In this document: positions 54,255 to 64,000 of the stretch, one piece after another
How positions within the stretch are numbered: position 1 is the stretch's first letter
How the letters are laid out: every line of letters begins with the position of its first letter
Source: Octopus vulgaris
Taxonomy: Eukaryota
Length of the DNA stretch: 64,000 bases
Reading direction: 5' to 3'
Assembly (NCBI GenBank): GCA_951406725.2
Contig: OX597817.1
Location: 68,262,001 to 68,326,000 of the forward strand
Program-made: the position numbers and the translations under genes
Notes under the pieces: generated by a model
The model's input: the letters and a program-made list of their open reading frames with translations, nothing else
Told to the model about the DNA's origin: nothing
The model's database searches: none

Positions 54255-54420
54255 AACAACTTTGATCTCTATACATATTTTCATTCACGATTACATACCC
54301 ATTACTGTACATATTTCTCCCCACTACTCTAGTTTTTGAATTTTTGTGTGTATATATATATATATTTATACACACACATATATATACATATATAATACAT
54401 ACATAAATACATACATACAT

Positions 54421-54482
<62 letters not shown>

Positions 54483-54731
54483 TCTCCCTCTCACCGAACG
54501 ATGAACAATATTTTTCCATGTCCACAATAATAACGATAACCTGATTTTTTAACTTGTTGAATCATTCATTCATAAACTCCACACACAAATTGGACAAAAT
54601 AAATTTTCTTAAGAAAATACGTATTTAAATAAATTTTAATATCATAATTAGCAAAACCGGTCGACAAACAAGATATAAGATATATTAAAAATTATATTAA
54701 AACAATGTAAAGTGTGTGCATTTTCCTTCTT

Positions 54732-54793
<62 letters not shown>

Positions 54794-54899
54794 CAACACA
54801 CCACGTGGGATAATCGAAATTCCTCCCTTGTGTTCATATATATATATATATATATATAAATATCTAGATAGATAGATAATATAGATAGATAGATAGATG

Positions 54900-54973
<74 letters not shown>

Positions 54974-55011
54974 AATATTTTCAATTACACAGCATTGGTT
55001 AGTCTGGGTTA

Positions 55012-55102
55012 AAACAGAAGACACCTGCTCAAGGTATTGCGCAATGGAACAGAACCCGAAACTGCATGGTTGTGAAGCGGATTTCTTAACCACACGGTAG
55101 CT
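55012..55102 (-). mobile_element. SINE family A head fragment
   Basis: 'gaagacacctgctcaagg...gaacccgaaact.catggttg...cttaaccacac'. Confidence 0.6.
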
Positions 55103-56535
55103 ATATAGAGTGAGTGTTATTCGGTGTTTTTTCTTGCTCGATGTTTTGAAAGGTATAGGTACACCACACACACACACACACAGACACAGACAAATCTTCT
55201 ATCTTGAATATGTATGTGTTCGGAAAATGTTTGTCATTTATTCCATCGAGAGATCCGACAAAAAATCTTTTATGGTCTCGACACGGACACGAATCAAGAA
55301 AATCCAAGTAGTGACGGAGAGCTTTATCAGCTTCTTCAGAATAAATGAAAATTGCTACATGTATTATGCACTCCATTGCCCTATACTTGGTGATCAGTAA
55401 ACCTATTGTCTATAATAGTTCAAACACTTTACATTTCATTACATAAAGTTTCAAACTTAAGGGCATTTATCAGATGAAAATGGTCCATGGTGAAGAGGCC
55501 TAGCACAGTTGAATGATACAGCCATTTGAAAAGAAAGGGTTTGTTGTAATCTTTCATTTTACTTCGTCATTTTTTTTCACGTTCCACAATTTAGCTTGGA
55601 TGGAAATCTATATTTGTGGAGGGTAATTGATGTGTTTTCTAGTGACGACGTTTAGGCATTAACTCAGAATTTCTGTTTAGTTGTATGTTTTAGTTGGAAA
55701 TATTATTTTTTCACTACAATCATTGTGCTAATATCAATAAAATAATCGTGATCTCCCTACAGTGTATTATTATCATACTAAATATTCATTCAGACCGTAC
55801 AACTCTTGTAGATATAAAACATTCAAATCTATGATATTTTGAATCTAAATAGTCCGGAAGCATTTTTCTTATCGGTGTACAATATTATTGACCAGCAAAT
55901 TATAGTTTCCGCAGCGATAAATAGATAGCTATAGAGATAGAGATAGAGATAGATAAATAGATAGATAGATATATAAATAGATAGATATATGTTTGTATAT
56001 ATGTATGCATGCATTAGATAGATAGATTGATAGATACATAGATAGATAGATAAAGAGAATGGGATAGTTGTGTGGAAGATAGAAAGAGAAACAGACAATG
56101 GAGACAGTTTACGTACGAGTTACAATCTCCAGTATAGAATATTCTAAAGTTTAGTTGTTATGGCGTATAAATTGAGTAACTCTTCGCTTTTCCAGTGTTT
56201 TATTTCGTGTATCAGAATGTCTTCTATTATGAAATGGCATTTACTGTCATGATATTATAACTAAAATAGAAAGGATATTGTTTTGCTTATCAATTATTTA
56301 TACCAGGAGTGTGATAAATATAATAACACACAACTACATAAACAATAAATATATTGAAATCATACGTAGCTTTTTTTTAATCTTTTCTCTGTATTTTTTT
56401 TACCGTCTATTCTACTTTGATGTGAGAATAGCGCCTGAAAATCTTTTGTAATGGCTATTATTGAGAAAATATCTGTGAAACTAACATAGAATACCATACA
56501 AAAGGTGTAGCAGGTACACACAAGAAGACACGGAT

Positions 56536-56581
<46 letters not shown>

Positions 56582-56905
56582 CCAAGTAGAACTCTCTCGT
56601 CGCTCTCCCTTTCTCTCTCCCCCGCTCTGTATGTATATTTGTGTGTGCGTGAGTGTGTGCGTGTGAGAATATGTGCATATATATATGAAATAACAATAGT
56701 GAGTATGGCTATATATATATATATAATAGTATACATATGAATACAAGTGGGTGTGTATCTGTATGTATAAATTCTCTGTATTAACAAATAGTTTTATATA
56801 TATATATGTGTGTGTGTGCGTGTGTGTGTACGAGTGTGTACGTATATATATATATATATATGCATACATATACATACAAGTAAATATACGTATATGCATA
56901 TAAGC

Positions 56906-56943
<38 letters not shown>

Positions 56944-57210
56944 GTAAACTCTTACATACATACACACATACACACACATGTATATGTACACATATGCACA
57001 CGTATGCGTTATGTACAGATATATATGCATGTATGTACGTGATTGTATATATCTATAAATAGTTGTATATACGCATGGATATATAACTTAGTATACGTAC
57101 AGCTATTTGACTACACGAATATACAGTTTTATAACTACAAACCTTAGCCTAATAATTGCCTACAACTACAGCTTCTTACATTGTTAGCATTCTAATCAAA
57201 TGTCTATATA

Positions 57211-57284
<74 letters not shown>

Positions 57285-57658
57285 TTCACTTCATTAAATT
57301 TATTATCATCTTTCCCACGCTATTTAATTTATCACACGCAGAGTTTCATACTCTGCTATTTATCCCAAATTGATTTTAGTTTACCATTTCACATTTAAAT
57401 TTCATCTTAAATGTTGCAACGTATAATATATGATGCATTTATTGATCTCATTTTCTCAAATAAACTACAGCAAGATATCTGAAAGTATTTCTAGAAAAGA
57501 AAATTGCAGTCATACACTCTTGTATCTGCATTTCATCCCACTGCTGTTTTTTTTTTCTAGCTAATCTGCATATATTAATATTTCTCTCTTATTTAACGTA
57601 GTTATACTAACCATATATAACGTACACATGTATATATGTATATACATATATATGTGTG

Positions 57659-57747
<89 letters not shown>

Positions 57748-58494
57748 GCATATATATATAGGCATGTATATATAGGCATGTGTATATAGGCATGTGTATA
57801 TAGGCATGTGTATATATACTCAATAATTGTGAACAGAGTTTCGTTATATTGCGTGTAATGCGCATGTCGCTTTATCCGATCAGCAATCTATATATAATGA
57901 CTGGTACATTTCTTCATTCTTACATAAGAGCCCGACCTCCTCCTCCTCCTCCTCCTCCTCCTCCTCCTCCTCCTTCTCCGCTGCTCTCACTCTCTCTCTC
58001 TCTCTCTCTTTCGCCCTCTCTATCTATCTCGCTAGCTAGCTATCTGTTTAAGGGAATTTGTCAGCATCCTAAAGTCACACTCCAATATGTGAATGGTTAG
58101 CCTAAGTATTCACATACATATATATATATATACATGAATATTACATAGATACATAGATACGTACACATATACAGACATTCACACACATAAGTATAAATAC
58201 ACATACACATATACATGTATGAGATACATTGCATAATTTTATCACTATGCACCTCCGTTAATTTCTTTTTATTTCTGTAATTACATGCCTTACAATTCCT
58301 AGGTAAAAAGACACCTGTCTTTTAAAGCTGTAAACATTGAATACTAAACCTACTGATTACACAGCTCCGATTTAATACACTTCGTTTATAGGGCGACCTG
58401 TGTATGCCTGTATATATGTCCATGCTTGTATGTCTGTGCGCATGGTTTGACACACACACACACACATATGTACACACGTATGTATCTCTGTCTC

Positions 58495-58542
<48 letters not shown>

Positions 58543-58571
58543 AAATATTATTTAGAGGGCATTATTACATA

Positions 58572-58791
58572 TAAATGCCACATGCTAGGAGGGACTCTTA
58601 AAGTCAAAACTACTAAAATAAATAAACATATCGCACCGAATGCAACTCTCGAAGCAAGACATTTAAAAACAGAATTTAGCTGTATATCACCTGTGATTTC
58701 GTAATCAGTGCAGAGAAATCACGGGTGATATACAGCTAAATTCTGTTTTTAAATGTCTGGCTTCCAGACACTAAATGTATACATATGGTTA

Positions 58792-58844
<53 letters not shown>

Positions 58845-58908
58845 TGCATTCGATGGGATATATTTTAGTAGTTTTGGCTTTAAGAGTCCCTCCTAGCGTG
58901 TGGCATTT
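58572..58908. repeat. Fold-back palindrome with an interrupted right arm
   Basis: 58651-58700 pairs with 58715-58764 (50 bp, 2 mismatches, 14-nt loop); 58572-58649 pairs with 58840-58908. Confidence 0.92.
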
Positions 58909-58977
58909 TTTCTCTTATGAAGTTTTTCACGCTAACTACTTGATAAATTCTTATGAAGATTTTATCCTGTTTTTAAG

Positions 58978-59762
<785 letters not shown>

Positions 59763-60148
59763 ATTAGGAACAGTATTAGTTCAAATTTTGTGATCTGTAA
59801 ACATACTTAGTGTGTGATATAAGCAGCAGGCGAAGGTCGCTTAGCATTGATGGTGAAGTTGCTAGATTAGAACATCTAGTCGTTATGTTCATTAGTTGTA
59901 AATATCCATGTCATCCCGAGTCAAGATAACATCGGTTGCTAGCTGACTTAGTTAAACGGTTATTGAAAGATCAATGAATCCAGGATTTCGCCTGCAGGGT
60001 GGATAGAAGTTCACGATTAAACAGAAATCTGGATCCCCATTGCTGCAGTTTGTAACACAGTATGTCTGTAAGAAATACTTTCTCAAGATGAATACCGCAG
60101 TTTAGAAGGCTTCCAATAGTATACACACTAAATGTATACATATGGTTA

Positions 60149-60193
<45 letters not shown>

Positions 60194-60421
60194 GGCACGT
60201 ACACACGCACATACACATGATAGGAATACACATATGTTACGCTTGTTTGTGAATGTCTCGTTATTCTAAGTCGTCCTTCATTCTTGTGAAGGGAAAAGTA
60301 TTTGTGGACACAGTTTGTGGGGGATCACTCACATTAGTATTGTCTAGTTTTGTCTTCATAGGTAACCTAATTAGGCTTGGACAAGGCTAAGATATTGGTA
60401 TCTAACTTTGCAAGGTTTTGT

Positions 60422-60458
<37 letters not shown>

Positions 60459-60756
60459 GGAACGAGAAGCAGCCCGAGGGATATAAGCAATATCGAAGAC
60501 ATACACACGGTATGTTTTTCCACTTCGTGAGCAGGCTGGGATTATAGGCGTAGGTGATTTGATGAGAATATATTCTGTTGCGCCTATAATCGCAGCCTGA
60601 CCTCCAACTGGCAGAACACATACATTATGCATGTGTGTTCGATAGTGTTTATATTACTTACATTGATATCTATTTATGCATTTATATATGCCCCAGAAGC
60701 TCTCCACACTAAACACTAATATCAAAGTATTATCTAAACCTAATATATAAAGATAA

Positions 60757-60809
<53 letters not shown>

Positions 60810-60914
60810 TCAGAAGAGGTTTCAAGTAGTGATGGTGTAACAAAGTTAATGGCGGTGCCCAGCATGGCCGCAGTTCTGGAGCTGAAACTAGTAAAAAAGT
60901 TGCACATATATAAA

Positions 60915-61690
60915 GCCACGTATCCATTTCCAAGTAAGTTTTATCTTAATAATTTTGATGCGATATATGTTCTATTCTATTTCTATTTCTCTTTCGTCTC
61001 CTCTCTCTTCTTTTCTCTAATTCTTTTATTCTCCTCTTCTCCCCCTTTAGCTTTTTTCTCTCTCATCCTTTCTCTAATTCTTTTCCTTTCCCTTTCACCG
61101 TTCTCTATCTGTCCCTCTCTCTTCCTCACTCTTCCCCCTTTACTCTCTCGTTGCGCATACGTGACCATCGGTTATCTTGCTTTTCATAACTTGAACTTCT
61201 TTCTTTTCATCCGATCCTTGTCTGTCTTCTGTCAAAGCTTGCTTCTCCAGCGCTCCCCACCTCACCTCGTCATGACTTAACAGCTCTTACCGTTTTCACT
61301 GTCCTTTGTTTGTTATCAACTTTGACATTCCGCAAATCCTAAATTTTACTTAATTTGCTTTGCAGGAGCAACTGTTTTGACGAAGGCACATCTTGTCGTA
61401 AATGCTCAAAATGTGGAGTACATAAAACAGCCGAAAATTGATGAAGGGTCGTTCTTTATGTTGCTTGTCTTGTTTTCCATTTGATTTTTTCTTTGTTCGT
61501 ATTTCATGTTTCGGTATTTTGTATTTCATGTTGTTTACGTTCTATGACGTCCTGTACCCATATATGCATGTCTATATACATATATATGTAAGTATGTACA
61601 TATATGTATGTATACATGCATATGTATATATATTATTTATATTATTATATGATTGAACGCCACGCATTCATTTCCAAGTAAGTTTTATCT
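60915..61690 (+). mobile_element. PLE-like non-autonomous unit with 32-bp terminal direct repeat
   Basis: gccacg.at.catttccaagtaagttttatct at 60915-60946 and 61659-61690; pyrimidine-rich interior; eroded hammerhead-like 'ttgacgaaggca..ttgtcgtaaa' at ~61376-61411. Confidence 0.6.
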
Positions 61691-61872
61691 ATATATATAC
61701 ATGTATATAGAAACGTTGATGCAAACTGAACAAATAAAACTGAAAATATAATTATATGATTGATAAGTGCCAACGCACGAAACCATCGGTGTACATATAC
61801 ACACTTACATACATACACACGCACACACACAAACACACATACATGTATATATACATATATCTCTGTGTGTGT

Positions 61873-61940
<68 letters not shown>

Positions 61941-62504
61941 ATGCATATATATATATACATACGTACGTGCATACATACATACATACATGCATAGACACAT
62001 ACATCCATACACTTTGATGCATTATTCACTTACATGTTAGAAGGAATATTTGTACACCGTCTTCTCCGCTTTCATTCTGACGAATTTTAAGCATGTTTCT
62101 GTTTTTGTGAATGGATTAAATCTCTCTTAAAAGATACATGCACGATGACAGATTTATTAGTATTTCCGATGAAACGAATGTTAGCGCACACATATCCTTT
62201 AACATCACCATTTTCTATTCAGATTCCAATAACTATTTGATTAATTTTTCTCATTCTAACTATATAGTAATTTTTTGAAACGTAAATTACATTTTCAATG
62301 ATTCTAACTCATACATTAATGTAACTATATAATATGTCATAAGTTATTTATTAAAACTACAGGCAAGCAACCATTTTCCCATTATCTTTCCATTATCGTG
62401 TTAACAAAGTTACTTTTCCTCCGAATTTTAGAAGTGAAAGAAAATCTAAATAATTTAGCAATATCACGTTTCCATTGTACTTCTTTCTTACTCTCTGACT
62501 TGCA

Positions 62505-62571
<67 letters not shown>

Positions 62572-63818
62572 CATACACACACACATTCATACATATACGT
62601 TTATATTTTATATATACATTCATACATATACGTTTATATGATATATATATATATATATATATATACATCAGACGCACATGTATATGCATGCATGTATCAC
62701 TATATATGTGCAAACATACGTACACACAGGCGGTCACTCACACACACACACACGCACGCACACACGCACGCACACACACAAATTTAGAGATCCTGTAAAT
62801 CATATATATATATATTTCAAACTGGAGGGCACTTAATATAATGAATATAGGGTAAATTTGTATTTCACACAATTATAGAACTCTATCAATCCATTTTACT
62901 GGTTTAGAGGATTTCGATACAGAGTCTAGTGAGTTTGTCTACAAATGTACGTATGTATGTACTATGTAATTATAGAAACCTGTCAGTTATTTTACTATTA
63001 GTCACAAGGATGATCATTGCGTTTGTTTATATAGTGTGGTATATGGTTAACTTGTACAGCCTCTGTAAACTAAGAAATACGATTTGAATGAAGCGCCAAG
63101 GAATTGATTAACTTTTAATTCCATTTATGCTTTGAGCATTCAAGGAAAAAAATTTTAATGCTTTCTTAATCTTGAACTACAAAATGTGTTTAAAGGAGTA
63201 AACATTTGCGAATAAACCACAAAGTTGTAAACTGAACAGTTGAGCATTAAAATTACATTGCATATTTAAAAAAAAACCTTTCTCTAAAAATAAAAAAAGA
63301 ATACAATTTTAATGTAATAAAGGGCATAATAATTTAGAAAACTCCAAACTGTTTCAGTAAGCATTATGAAACAAATAAAAAAAACAATAAAAATCAAAAT
63401 ATACAGAACGACTCCAGATCGTATCGAATGATTTAGAAAGCAAATCTTATAAATTGGAACAAATTCAACAGCCTTAAACGATAAGTGCTGCTCACAAAAA
63501 ATATATATATACAAAAACACATTGTGTATTATATATATTGATATTAAACAGATATAAAATAATGCGCTTTCGTACGCATGTCTTTATATTTTTTCAGTGG
63601 GTTCAATTCGACGGTGGATACAAAAAAAATATATATTAATATACACTATTATATTTTAATTACATAGTATTATAATATATTGAGATATATATCAACTACA
63701 TCTACATATACCCCCACACTCGCGTAAATGGGCATACATGTACAGATGTAGGCATATTTGTATACCCATATATACATATGCACAGATATGCATAAACTAT
63801 ACATATTTATATATTTGT

Positions 63819-63862
<44 letters not shown>

Positions 63863-64000
63863 AAAGTAGATAAATGATACAAGGCACCAATATTTACTGG
63901 AAAATAGCAATCATAATAAATACGACGCTATTGTATAGCTTCACTGCGAATATACTACCAAAGACGCGTGTGTGCAACAAACATGAAAAATATTTGTCTT

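Noticed and set aside
63585-63630. Possible micro-exon after 'ttttttcag'
   Set aside because: No donor site, ORF or homology evidence.

Overview
AT-rich, microsatellite-saturated animal DNA. The repeat families and the density of (TA)n/(CA)n/(TACA)n/(TAGA)n tracts suggest an octopus (coleoid cephalopod) genome; this is an inference. No host protein-coding exon could be supported, and almost all ORF-track entries are translations of microsatellites. The window is intronic or intergenic DNA filled with transposon remnants: several tRNA-headed SINE families, an RTE/BovB-like LINE 3' end, R4/Dong-type LINE relics with a restriction-like endonuclease (RLE), a Helitron helicase fragment plus three non-autonomous Helitrons, a decayed DD37D-like mariner, and a MITE with an 8-bp TSD and telomere-like repeats. 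The most notable signal is a set of Penelope-like element (PLE) derivatives not visible in the ORF track: two GIY-YIG endonuclease relics, inverted and tandem pseudo-LTR structures, and several minimal type I hammerhead ribozyme motifs with palindromic stem III. One of these (22901-22945) is close to intact. Two long fold-back palindromes lie side by side at 58.6-59.6 kb.
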